From: Vicugna vicugna
Lineage: Eukaryota
DNA: 64,000 nt
Direction: 5' to 3'
Assembly: GCA_013265495.1 (NCBI GenBank)
Contig: MU059126.1
Location: 9,352,349-9,416,348, forward strand
The first letter of the stretch is position 1, and each line of letters starts with the position of its first letter. Made by a program: the position numbers and the translations under genes. The notes under the pieces are model-generated. The model worked only from the letters and a program-made list of their open reading frames with translations, was not told where the DNA came from and searched no databases. Shown in pieces: positions 25,640 to 37,090 of the stretch.

Positions 25640-25850
25640 GAATTATTTTATCTTTCTAGAAGATTCAAGCTTTTTCATTACAAAGTGACATTCCTTATTT
25701 TAGTAATGCCTTTCATCTTAAAGTCTATTTTGTTAGATATTAATACAGTCACACAAGTTTCTTTTCAACTAGTGTTTACATGGTCTAACTTTTTCCTCCT
25801 TTTACTTTCAACCTTACTGTATCCTTACATTTAAGTTGGCACATATTTTT
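25640..25850 (-). mobile_element. Old L1 internal fragment
   Basis: ttaaagtctattttgttagatattaatac...ttttactttcaacctt is typical antisense L1M text. Confidence 0.6.
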
Positions 25851-25881
25851 AATAGAAATAGGACATTTAAAAATATTTAAA

Positions 25882-26029
25882 GTTTTTTCTTAATTTTTAA
25901 TTTTTTTGAGTGGGTAAGTAGTTAGGTTTTTTAAACTATTTTTATTTTAATGGAGGTACTGGGGATTGAACCCAGGACCTTGTTTATGCTGAACAGGCAC
26001 TCTACCCCTGAGCCAAATCCTTACCCCCC
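25882..26029 (-). mobile_element. Camelid Vic-1-like SINE
   Basis: aatggaggtactggggattgaacccaggacc...cactctacccctgagcca, preceded by a T-rich tail. Confidence 0.85.
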
Positions 26030-26183
26030 TAAAATATTTTTAAAATTTAGATTAATATAATATTCAAGTCTTTATTTTTATGTTTTAATTAAAATATAAT
26101 TTATATATAATTTTGTATAAAATGTTAATATTTTAATAATCTGAAAAACTTTAACTTAGAACAGTTTACTTCTTCTAGATCTA

Positions 26184-26930
26184 CTGTGATGACTAGGGAG
26201 TGCTACTGACATCTAGTAGGTGAAAGCCAGGGATGCTGCTAAATATCCTACTGTAAGCAGATCAGGTAGAGGGGGTCCTGAAGCAAAAGAACCAGATACA
26301 GCTTTCTGACATAAGAGGAGCCATTTTAGGCCTAAGCCATTTTGTGTTCCAAGCCTGGCCACAACGATTGTCCTTGAACAGGTCTCAGCAGTAATGGTCT
26401 TATAGGGAACAAAGGCAAAGGAAATAACAACAGCAAAGATAATAAATCAGATAATAAAAACTCCCAGTTTTATTTCAATGGTAAATATTAGCCTGAAGCA
26501 GTTTCTTGAGGTGTTTTGCACAATTTAAACCTCCCTCGGGTAGCAGATCAGCTGGAACCTAAGGGATGATGATATTAACCTTTTCTAACCCTCATGACTT
26601 CAGTCAACTAAAGCTTGGACCCTGTGAGCCTTGGCCCCAATTCTATGCTGAATTCTTCTCTGCTCCAGTCCCTTCATAAATATGCATATGCCCCTAAATT
26701 AAAACTGTCTCAATTTTGCTGTTTGGGGAGACCCTGCTTTGGAAAAGATACCCGGTATTCTCCTTACTTTCTGCAGGTAATAAGGAAGTAAGCTTGGTTG
26801 TGTCTTTTGGCTTGACACCTACCAAGAGGCAAACCCTGTTTTCAAGTAACACTGCCATGCTCAGGATGGCCTACCACAACAAAGAGCTATCTGGCCCAAA
26901 TGTCAAAAGTGCTGAGACTGAGAAACTCCG
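26184..26930 (+). mobile_element. MER20 split by an LTR (pieces 26184-26251 and 26852-26930)
   Basis: Left piece ends gggatgctgctaaatatcctac; right piece resumes ...ccacaacaaagagctatctggcccaaatgtcaaaagtgctgagactgagaaac. Confidence 0.8.
26252..26851 (+). mobile_element. ERV1-class solo LTR (600 bp)
   Basis: Starts tgtaagcag and ends caagtaaca; TATA-like cataaata and ATTAAA near 26675-26703; flanks ctac/ctgc form a 3/4 TSD. Confidence 0.78.
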
Positions 26931-27569
26931 GATTAGAGAGCATTAGTTGATCTGGCAAGTTGCTAAGTAGAGATTTAAGGGAGCTTCTATTATATGTTTG
27001 TTAGAATTAAGTTAGGTCAAACTCTAAAGGAAGTCAAGAGTTGGAAATTGTTAAGGTACCTAAGAAAGCCAATTAATTCATACTTCACTCTCCTGTGGAT
27101 CCTAAACCAACTGGGAATTTGGCATAGAAAGTAGACAGGGATCAGTGTACCAACTTTGTATCTGGCCACGCCTGATTGGAGAGCATTAACATGGACAAAT
27201 AGCCAGAGGGGAATTCTGAATGCTTCCCCTCAAATCTGGGGGTAGAGCGCCAGCACAAGAGAAATCCAGGGAGATGGAGAGACTGCAGCCACAGGAGCAA
27301 TGTTGAACTTATCAATGTCTTTTAGTGAAGAAACATAGACCATGGATGTCAGAGTGTTCATCCTCCCATTGCCAATCAGTTCTTTTCTCTTCCCATGTGA
27401 AGTATGGAAGAGGTGATAGTTTCAGCCTTTCCAACAGGGTAAAATTTCTATTTTATTGGCTTGAAACACTATGGAAAGAGGACAAGGTTGGTCTCCTTCA
27501 ATCATGGTGGAAAGAGCACCTTACCTGTAGGAGTTTCATTCTTTTTCCTCTCTCTTCTAACTTTACAGA

Positions 27570-27690
27570 GTACAGGTGATTTGAACAAGTCACGGTCTTC
27601 TAGACCTCAGTTTCCTCAAATACATAATGATCCAGATTTGTCAGAAGAACGAGGTTCTGACCCAGATAATCTATAGAGATTTCTTAAAAT
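27570..27690 (+). mobile_element. MIR fragment
   Basis: gatttgaacaagtcacggtcttctagacctcagtttcctcaaatacataatg. Confidence 0.6.
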
Positions 27691-28089
27691 CTTAAGAACG
27701 TTAGGACACATTGATGTTTTAAAGACAGCACAAAACATATGCACTTATGAATCCCTGACCATGAGGTCAAGTCTTCTGAAAGATTAGAAGCTGGGTGTGG
27801 AAAAAGCTCTTTGAATGGGAAAGGTGTGAGTATTTTAGGGCACGATCCCAAGCTCTTCTGGGCGCAACGTCCTCCTTGGCCTCAGCAGTAGCTTACCTGT
27901 AATTTGGATTTCCTCCAATTTTCTTTGTTGGCTTGGGCGCTGTGATAGTTCTGACCGTTTTTTCTTCTTTTCTTTGCACCTTCTGTCAATTGTAATTCTC
28001 AAAGGTTTTCTTTGAAACGGCTTCAGGATTTTTGACAGTCACCAAATACATTTCTGTAATTGGTTCTTTCTGAGAGTGGGAGTATTAAA

Positions 28090-28285
28090 TTTACAGGATT
28101 TGGGATCAGAGACAGGAATTTTAGTCATGATTCAGCCTCTTGCTGGCCTAGTGATGGAAGGAAAATCATTGATGCATCTGAGCCTTCACTGTTTTATCTG
28201 TAAAATAAGAATTTAAGAAGTATTTAACTCTCAAGGCTCTTATGAATGTAATGTGTGTGAAATCGCCTGTAAAACTGGAAGCATG
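28090..28285 (+). mobile_element. MIR
   Basis: tctgagccttcactgttttatctgtaaaataag...aatgtgtgtgaaatcgcctgtaaa. Confidence 0.65.
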
Positions 28286-30778
28286 TGCAGATGCTAGGAG
28301 GTGTTATTAATTTATCACCGTGCGGCCTTTTTCTGGGACATTAGAGAGTCTTCTTTGCTTTAAGGAATAAACATCCAGGAAAGAAAGTGCCTTTTTACTC
28401 AATAATTAGGTGTATGACTGAAGAATACATGGGGGTCTCTTTGTGCTGATTCAAATAACCAGCTATGTTTGCCTGACTTATTCAGATGTGTTCCTAGGGG
28501 TCCCACCTCAGAATCACCTTCTGAGTGCAGAGAGGAACCCCTGGATCTAACTTTTCTGTGCACGGAGTGGTAAACCCAAGCCCTGAGGACCTTATTTGAT
28601 TAGGGGCCTCTTTCTAAATCAAAGTGGCTTCTGACAGTGTGATTTAATGTTACAGAAATGCTCAGTCATAATATTCCATCTCTTTTAAATCTCAGCTTCA
28701 GAACCTGTCATTAGAAGGAAAGACATGAAAATATGTTTATCCAAAAAGCTTTCTTTTTCTTGCTTGCTTGTTAGATAACTGCCACAGATCAAAAACAGAA
28801 CTAAGGAAAGTCAACATTGCAGTTTAGCTAGAGTTTCTAATGCAGATTTCTCAGAAGTCACTTTCTGATCCAGCAGAATTCTAGGACATCTCCATAGGCT
28901 GGGCTGAAAGGTGGACCCTTCCTCGGAGCAGTCTCTCTGTTTGCACTGTGGGACTTAACTGGTTGCCTGGCGATACTGATCACAAGAAATCACCATTGCT
29001 GCTCTCTCTTCAAAGTTCTATCCTCCCCTCCCCCACCCAGGAATTTGGCAAGATGTGCTTGAAGAGTCGTAAGACTATTCTCTTTGACTCAGTATTTCTG
29101 CTTTGGGAATTTGTCCTAAGGAAGCAATGAAAAACATGGGCAAAGCTCTGTGACCCTAAATACTCACTCCCACTTGATTTATAATATCAAATGACTGGGA
29201 AAAGCATTCACGTCCACCTTTAGAAAAACGATTAAGTCAGTTGTGATATATGCGTGTAATGGAACATTGTACAACCAATGAACATTACATAAAGGTTATC
29301 TTAAAAAATGGAAATGCTGATTATATATCGTTGAGTGGAAAAGTAGAATTTGGAGATATCAGTGCACTCTGATTATAACTATGGGAAAACATGTCTGAGA
29401 AAAAAAGACTGTGAAGAATGATCTAGACCTATTCCAAATGTGTGGAATTAATCAGATAATTAAGAAGAACCTCACAACCATAAGGAATGATTAAAGAAGG
29501 CAGCTGACACATCCTAACAAATAAAAGGAAATTTCCCAAAGACATAAAAGAAAAAAAGCATGATGGTAATTGGGATGTGATAGCATTATTTTATGGATTT
29601 AGAATGAGGAAAGCATGCTCTGTTTTACATCTAGCTTTGAAGAAGCAAATAGCTCTAGGTAAATGAACGTCCTGGGTGGGCATAACTGTCCAGCAATGCT
29701 GTGAGCAGATTCATTCACGTCCTCAGAGTACAAAAGGCAGGAGAGGGTTACGGCAGAAAGCCTTACTGGGGCGTTCAGAGACCTGGGTCCTTGCTCGTAC
29801 TCAGACAGCTCAGCAACCACCCCCATAAGTCTGCATCTATCTGAACAATTCTCTGAACTGGGGACTGTGTTATCTCCAGTGCCTTTCCCAGCTCTGCTCT
29901 TGCATTCATTCCTTCAAAAAATTTTTATTGAGCCCCCCCCCCCCACTGCATTCCAGGCACTGCTTTAGGTACTTGTGGAGGTAAAGCACGGAATAAAGTA
30001 AAATAGTATCAGAGTAGGTCATAGTTCCTAATCCTCAAATAAGCATTTGAACCGTATTTTAGGGATGGGGTAGGAGCAGGGCAACAGGAGAAAGGCTTTG
30101 ATTTGACACTGTCTTTACAAATAGGTACATGAAATATACTTCAAAAAAAATTACCACTCCCTTTACTAAGACTGTCAAAAGGAACATCATCTTTCTGTCC
30201 ATTAGTGCTGATACTATGTTCAGGAAAAAGCAGTTACAGAACTCTGGTCTCTGCTTAGGAGAATTCTTGTTCTAAGGATTCAAATGAGATAACGAATATG
30301 AAAAATGGGTGGTATGATGGTCTAGTTGGGAGATAAACACCCTGTGTCTTGAATTTAGGTCCTTTGTTATATATTCTATCCCTTTCCTATTATCATTGTT
30401 TTCATGTTCACTCCCCAAATGGACAAGAGTGTAATTCTAACATTCTCAAATTACCTTCTCAAAAGAGGGAGTGAAGAATGTTCACAGTCTGGCCAAGACT
30501 TCCCACTAGGTGCAAAAACCCAAGCCTTTATTTAATGTTGACATAAAACTAGACTTAGACACCCACTAGTCAAATACCCTAATGTAAACTTTACCAGGGA
30601 CAGGCTCAGTGCTTTAAGTCAGTCTGTAAGCTTTAGAATTCTAACATAGTTTCCTTTTCTTCATCTATTACTGAGTTCTTCTGTATTCCTAGACCTTCTC
30701 TTAGTAAAAACAGGTAACACCTACCAGACATTTGCTACGTGCCAGGAACTTTGCAAAGTACCTAATACATATTAATAT

Positions 30779-30941
30779 ATTTTTTGGTTTGTGTGTGTGT
30801 GTGTTTAAGATTCACAGCTTCGTTTTTTTAATCGAGGTACTGGGGAATGATTTTTTTCAATGGAGGTGTTGGAGACTGAACCCAGGACCTCACCCATGCT
30901 AAGCATGCAGTCTACCACGGAGCTATACCCACTCCTCCCCC
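30779..30941 (-). mobile_element. Camelid Vic-1-like SINE with a duplicated 3' module and (CA)n tail
   Basis: gaacccaggacctcacccatgctaagcatgcagtctaccacggagctataccc; an extra ttttttaatcgaggtactgggga block at 30823-30850. Confidence 0.82.
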
Positions 30942-31357
30942 CAGTATGTAATTTTTAATCTTCACCAAAACACTATTAGATAGGCACTGTTGAATAGATG
31001 AGCAATTAAGAAGTAGCTAAAGGTGACATAGTCATTGTAATAGGGAACATACACAGTAAGATAGCAATGTATGTAATTTTGAAATTATGTCACTTAAAAG
31101 TATAAGCTTTCACTTACTGTACAACATCTGAAATCATGACCATCAGTCCTGTAGTGGATGGCAGTGAGGGGCAGGGGTGGTGCTTCACTGCCAAGATCCC
31201 TGCTTCAGGACTTAATTCACCCACCTGCTGGGAGTGAAGTGGGCTGACAGGCCTCAGGTCAGTGTCTTTCTGGAGGTTCTGAGATTCTTCAGAACTTCCA
31301 GTAAAATTAACACCATCTCTAAAATAAATGCTTCTTTGGCCACTTAACACTATGTTG

Positions 31358-31456
31358 GAAGGGGGCAGGGTATAGCACAGTGGCAGTGTGCATGTTTATC
31401 ATGCACAAGGTCCTGGGTTCAATCCCCAGTGCCTCCATTAAAAACAAACAAAAAAC
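31358..31456 (+). mobile_element. Camelid Vic-1-like SINE
   Basis: gggtatagcacagtggcagtgtgcatg...gggttcaatccccagtgcctccattaaaaa; TSD cactat(g/a)ttg at 31348-31357 and 31457-31466. Confidence 0.85.
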
Positions 31457-31608
31457 CACTATATTGCACTAAGAGCATTGTACACTTAACTTGTTTCTGC
31501 TCCCATGCTAGGAGCTCCTTGATACTAGGAGCTAAATCCAATTCATTTCTCAATTCCTGAAGAGCGTGTAAGAGACATAAGAATATATGTTACATCAGAG
31601 AATGGCTA

Positions 31609-31965
31609 TGCGGATTGTCAGCAGCCTTAAGTGAACAGGCCTAGGGGCCCAGACCAAAGTTCACAGTAGCTTGCACCTGGAAAGAGGTAAATGTACACAC
31701 GTGCCAGTAGCGTAAACACTACGCATGCGCCAGTAGCGTGACTCCGCATTATGAACAATACGCATGCGCGGGCCGAATATATATAAGCGGGACAAGTGCG
31801 CCACGCTGGGAACGCGCCATCTTGTTAAACGGGAAGGGAGTGCTGAGCGCCGCGGTTGCAGCCGCCTGCCGCTCGCGCCATCTTGTTGAACTAGAATAAA
31901 GTGCTGTTTGGCTCCTTGTCGGCCCCTCGCGCAGTCTGCTTCGCAGTAGGGCGGCTTCTCGCACA
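31609..31965 (+). mobile_element. CpG-rich, probably young LTR-like element (class II/ERV2-like); boundaries uncertain
   Basis: U3-like tandem motifs, TATA (tatatataa, 31778-31786), two cgcgccatcttgtt copies, AATAAA (31895-31900) then a GT-rich tract ending gcaca. About 30 CpG in 357 bp (hand count). No matching TSD found for these ends. Confidence 0.65.
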
Positions 31966-33191
31966 TTTTTCCGGTTGGGCAGCTCACCTCGAATCCCTCT
32001 TCAGCCCCCCTCGGCTGACTTGGACGAATGGAAGAGATTTTTAAACTGAACTTTAAAGAAGGTAGGATTTTGAGATGGAGAGGATATGCCAAGCAAAGTG
32101 AATGATAATATTAATTATTAAGAATAAGGATATCTGGTGAATTCTTCCTCTGTATCAGACAGTATGGCATCTCATTCTCATAAATATCTATGGAGAGAAG
32201 TTACTGTACTTGTTTTCTAGAAAAGAAGACTAGGCTCAGAAGGATGAAACCAGGTGCCCAAGGTTACACAGCTGGTCAGTGGCAGAGGCGGGTTTAATCA
32301 CATTTATATGAGTCCATAGTAAGAGACGTGGATATTGAAGAGAGGGGAGAAATTACAGCGTGTGCCTGCAAAAGCCCCAGGTCAACTGATTTAGAGGAAG
32401 CACAGAGGGCGTGAAGAGAGTTTTAATAATAATATGACGATAATAATGGCTGTTCTTTGTTTTATCAACCCCTCCCATTCCCTGTCCCACTTGATGGCGG
32501 TAATATCCACAGCTGACATTTATTGAGTACGTTACTCACAAAGCACCATACCAATTCCTTTTCCTGGATCATCTATCTCATTTACTCCTTATAACGACCC
32601 TTTAAAGAGGTACTCTTATTTTCATTTTTGAAAGAAAAGAAATGAAGCTTGGGTGGCTGCTGAAGCTTGATTCCTAGAAGAACATCTTCCCGCTTTGTGA
32701 ACACCACCTCAGAAGATGATCACAACAGCATCCCAACATGCACTGCTTCTTCACGCCATGGACCAGCCAGTTAAGCGTTTCAGCTGAAACCCGATTCCAG
32801 CCATCAGCGCTTCCTCCCGAGAGTCGGCATTTGTAAGTAATCAGCCTTTTGGGAGGAGAGGCAGGTGGGTGACCAGCCTCTGGGCGTGTTTCTCTTAGTG
32901 ATGTGCGGCTGTATCGCGACAGGTGACCCGCTAGAGTGAAGAACAGGGTCGTCCAGCCAAGTCCCTTAAATGCAGGCTTAATCCCATCAGTCAATACAAT
33001 GAAGTGACAGTTTCAAAAAGTGGTGTTTAGCTCAGAGAAGTTTTCCCTTAATGAAGAGAGGCCGCTGTTGGAACTCAGGTCCGCCTAAAAGCTTCCCTTT
33101 GAGACTAAAGAGAAGGTGAGGGTGAGAGCAGCCCAGATCTCGGCTCCAGGCAGAGCCGTCGGGAGAGCCTGGACGCCTAACCAACCCTCTT

Positions 33192-33205
33192 CTGCCATCT
33201 AGCGC
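33192..33205 (-). promoter_or_regulatory. Candidate CTCF site in a CpG-enriched unique segment (32680-33320)
   Basis: Minus strand GCGCTAGATGGCAG matches 13/14 of CCRSYAGRKGGCRS. Confidence 0.4.
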
Positions 33206-34789
33206 TGCTCGCAATGAGAGGTCGCGCTGCTTCTGAAGTCCTGAGCATTTCCTCTTCTGAGGGCTCGGAACCTAGTTGTCTTGTGAGATATATTCTTTGC
33301 GTTATACTAAGGGTTCGTCATCTCCAGGTGTTTTGGGCTTCTTTTGAAATTTGGCAACATCTTGATCTTTGGGGAAATGAGTTTTGATACTCCACATCGT
33401 CAAGGAATAAAACTAAACCAAGGTGGATTTCAGATAGATTTGTATGAATATGAACTTACTGAAATCAGCTTCAATTTCGGAGTCCGCCCTTTGACAGTAT
33501 AGTGTAGGCTCCTTTAGTATAATCTCTCCTGTGCTCCCTGACAGCTGAGACATTAGTCCTTTTATGCAATAAGTATTAGGAGTGACAAAAATGAAATCAG
33601 AAAGCTCCAGAGCAATTTTTGAACTTTGGCCTTCAATCTTAGACCTCAGACTTAGTGAACGTTTTGAGGAAAAATATGATGCTCTGTGCTTTAGAACTTC
33701 CTTGGGAGAAAAAAAAAAGAGGATATAGCCATTGTTCTTGTGTACAGATTCAGAAAAGCCCCTAACCTCCCATTTCTATCTTAACTGGAGTCTCCTCTCG
33801 TTTCTGAGCATTGTGTGTGTTATTTAAGTTTTAGATTTATTTCCTTGACCTACAGCTTTTCAAAGGAAAGGGTTTATCTCTGTATGATTACTATTATATA
33901 TTTATATTTATTTAGGAAGCATGCCTATAAATTTACAAATATTTTGAATCTGAACAGCAAAGGCACTATATAATTCCTTATATTTGAATCCTTTTTTTCA
34001 AGGTCATCTAAACTGGTTCAGTTTACTTACTATTGTAATGAACTATCTTATGCACAAACTTCAATTTACAGTAGCTTTGAAGAGAAGTGATCTTTGGCAC
34101 TTTCAACTCATTTTCCTATGTTGGCTGTAAATTCTTTAAGCTATGCTAGTGCTTTTTCTGGTTACCCCAAGACAGCACAATGGGTTTGACAGGCTGGTTG
34201 AAACAGAAAGCCCTGATGGGCTATTGATCTTCTAATGTTAACAAGTGTCACTTCTTACAAGTGGAAACAATTTTATTGAACAACTTAGTTGAAACAGATG
34301 GTTATCTGTACTTTGATGGGGGTGGGGTGGGGAAGAAAAGCATCCCAAGTTATTAAAATATGAGATTGGAGAAAGTTTAAAAATCACATGCAGATGTCTC
34401 CAAAAACTTAATCTAAAAATGATAGCTTTTACAGAGTCTAATAGGGCCAACAGCAGTTGCAGTTTCAAGAATTGAGGCAGGTTATGCTAAGTACTACATA
34501 AATAACTACAGCTGAAACAAGTCAGTCTTCCATGTCAGGGGATCTTATCCTATAGTTTCTCTTCCTATGGATATTGTCATTTTATATTAGGTGCATATTA
34601 TATCTATAAAAACTAATTTTAAATTTATAAGCATATTGAAAGTAAATTAGTTATAGGGCCATTTAATACATTTGTATTAGAAGACAAGTGTGTATGTGAA
34701 TTTATTGGGGATTTATTTCTCTTTTACATAGTATGTGTTCATCTGTTTGCTATGGGATTATATCACATTGGCTCAATTCAGCATGGCTC

Positions 34790-35030
34790 TAAAGAAACAA
34801 CCTCAAAATAAATGATGATGATAATAGTAAGACGTTTACTAGGCACACAGCACTCTGCAACAGTATCTGTGCACATTATCTAATTTAATGTGTGCTGAAT
34901 CCCATGAGGTGGTACTGTTGTTCTCCACTTGACAGATGCAGATTGAGGCTTCTTTGCCTTAAGTACTTGCAGGTGGTCATGAAACTCCTCTAAATGATGG
35001 AGATGTATTTAGTCCCGGGACATTCTAGCT
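34790..35030 (-). mobile_element. MIR
   Basis: cccatgaggtggtactgttgttctccacttgacagatgcagattgaggct. Confidence 0.65.
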
Positions 35031-35071
35031 GCTTATGCTGTTCTCTTTCGTTTGACTTGACTTTTTACCTT

Positions 35072-35135
35072 GGTTAGTAACTCAGTTAATTAGAGCAGGT
35101 GATAATGAAGCCAGTCACTGGTTGGATCCTTAACT
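35072..35135 (+). pseudogene. Decayed tRNA-Ile(AAT)-like sequence, probably the head of an ancient MamSINE1-type SINE
   Basis: ggttagtaactcagttaattagagcaggtgataatgaagccagtcactggttggatcc aligns by eye to GGCCGGTTAGCTCAGTTGGTTAGAGCGTGGTGCTAATAACGCCAAGGTCGCGGGTTCGATCC. Confidence 0.45.
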
Positions 35136-36944
35136 ACTTGTTTTCTCTGTTACCATAATTTCATAAAGACATTGAGTTCTGTTCTTGAGAGAATTAGAAT
35201 GTGGCCATCACTGGCTCGGTATTTCCTCAGGCAACCATCAACTCCCTGGATGAGATGGGGCTGGGTCCTTCCTGACTTCAGTCCCTCGGGTTACCTCCTT
35301 GGCCCCTGAGGTCATTTGCTTTGTGACCCCTGCTTTATTCCAAATCCTCCAGAAAAAGAAGTTAACTAAGCAGTAGAGATTTCTATGTGGGAAGTTTCTA
35401 ATGTGTTAAAATATGGTATCTAACACATTTAGTTGTTCAGGTGATTTGTTCTTTTACTTACTGTTTTAAAATAGTTAAAAAGATATAAGATAAATTTTTT
35501 AGATGTTCATGGAATGCCTGAAGCACATGTGTGAACTCTAAAACTTGGATTCAGAACTGCTTTGAGATATATAGTAAAATCCTCCCTCCCACCCTTTAGT
35601 AAAGCAGACAATTTGAAGTGTTTGATTTGTACTCAGTATACAGGGGAAATAGGGAAACGCAGACACATGTGTGGACCCTCCTATACACACCCCTACCCCC
35701 ACCATAGGCTGCACTCCAGTCCTGACTCTGCTACTGATTTGAAGTAGGACCTTAAACCACCTGAATTTTCTCATCAATATAATAGAATTTGGTTTAAGTT
35801 ATTTCTTTGAAGTTCCCTTCCTACAACAAGATGCTATTATTCTGAAGTTTATTATGACATCTGTTTTTGTTTTTTCTTTCCATCTCAAGAAGAAAAGGCA
35901 GCAAGATTCTTTTCCTCATCAGAATTTTAGATTATCAGCAAAATGCTAAACCTTCTTCCAGGGAAGGTCATATGAAAATGAACTATAATAAATTCAGATG
36001 CTCAGAGTTAACTCTACAGGGTTTAGAAAAGCACCATCAGTACCTGAAGAGATGTAAGAATGAGTATGGTTGTCATTTTTCATAATGTCACATGCAAGAT
36101 TAAGTCTTCTACTTAATGTCTTAAAAATTTAGTTAAAAGAAAACCCTAGAGGAAATTGAATATGCATGAACATTTCCAATGAAGATTAATATTTTATTTT
36201 ATCCAACAACCTTGGTAAGCAAAAAAAGTGTTATTCTATAAACTGCTAACAATTGCCTTAACTGCATTAGCTTTGGTCAAATTTATATTGATTTTATAGA
36301 CCTAAATTTTAATACCATAAACTTGGCTTTCTTATACCTAAGAGGAAATAGCTCAGAGTGTATATACTTTATTCTTTCCTCTCTGTGAGCTTTATTGTTT
36401 TGAATATAAAATCTAGTTTTCCCTAAGGCAATGAAAATGTTATTCTCTTTTTAATGTTTTAAATTGTAAGGAAATTGGATGAACACTGAGAACAGGCTAG
36501 GAACCTGATAACAAAATTCAGTATACACTTATTCTCAATAGAGATAATTTCTTCATTAACTAAGAAAATTATTTCAACTTTTGTTTTGAAGTGGATATTT
36601 TTTATTAAATAACTTCTTAAATATAATAGAGGAAAAGAGTTTTTCACTGTCAGACTTTTGTGACTAGTATTATGTGAGTGGAAAATAAGGAGAGACTGCA
36701 AATAAGGGAGGAAACAGAATGGTTTGAATACCTATAAGTTGTCGGGTCTTTCCCAGACATTATTCCAGTTAGTCTTAAGAAGAATTCTCTATAGTGGGTG
36801 TCACAATTCCTATTTTGCTAAAAATAAGCATGGTAAAAATATGGTCCCAAGCTCGCTGCTAGGCAGGATCTGATCAGGTTTGTCTGGATCCAAGTCTTGA
36901 AAGCTTTCTGTTTCACCATTTTGGAAGAAATATTTTTGTGCAAA

Positions 36945-37090
36945 TATTATTTCCAGTCTGTCTTCCCCACTAGACAGTGAGGTCCTTGAGAGCAGAGTTA
37001 GAATTGTCCTTGTTCACTGCCCTCTTCTCTGTCCCAGCACGCTTCCTGACTCCTGAGTAAGTGCTCAAATAATGAGTTGAATGAACAAAC
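36945..37090 (+). mobile_element. L2 3' terminus
   Basis: ccactagacagtgaggtccttgagagcag...gtaagtgctcaaataatgagttgaatgaac. Confidence 0.7.

Noticed and set aside
31661-32092. 143-aa minus-strand ORF over the LTR-like element
   Set aside because: No recognisable retroviral or host protein features; explained by GC richness.
32777-32790. Perfect 14-bp palindrome gtttcagctgaaac
   Set aside because: About four such palindromes are expected by chance in 64 kb (64000 x 4^-7).
32674-33214. ORFs of 106 and 60 aa, considered as a processed pseudogene
   Set aside because: The frames I translated by hand resemble no protein I recognise, and I saw no poly(A) tail or TSD.
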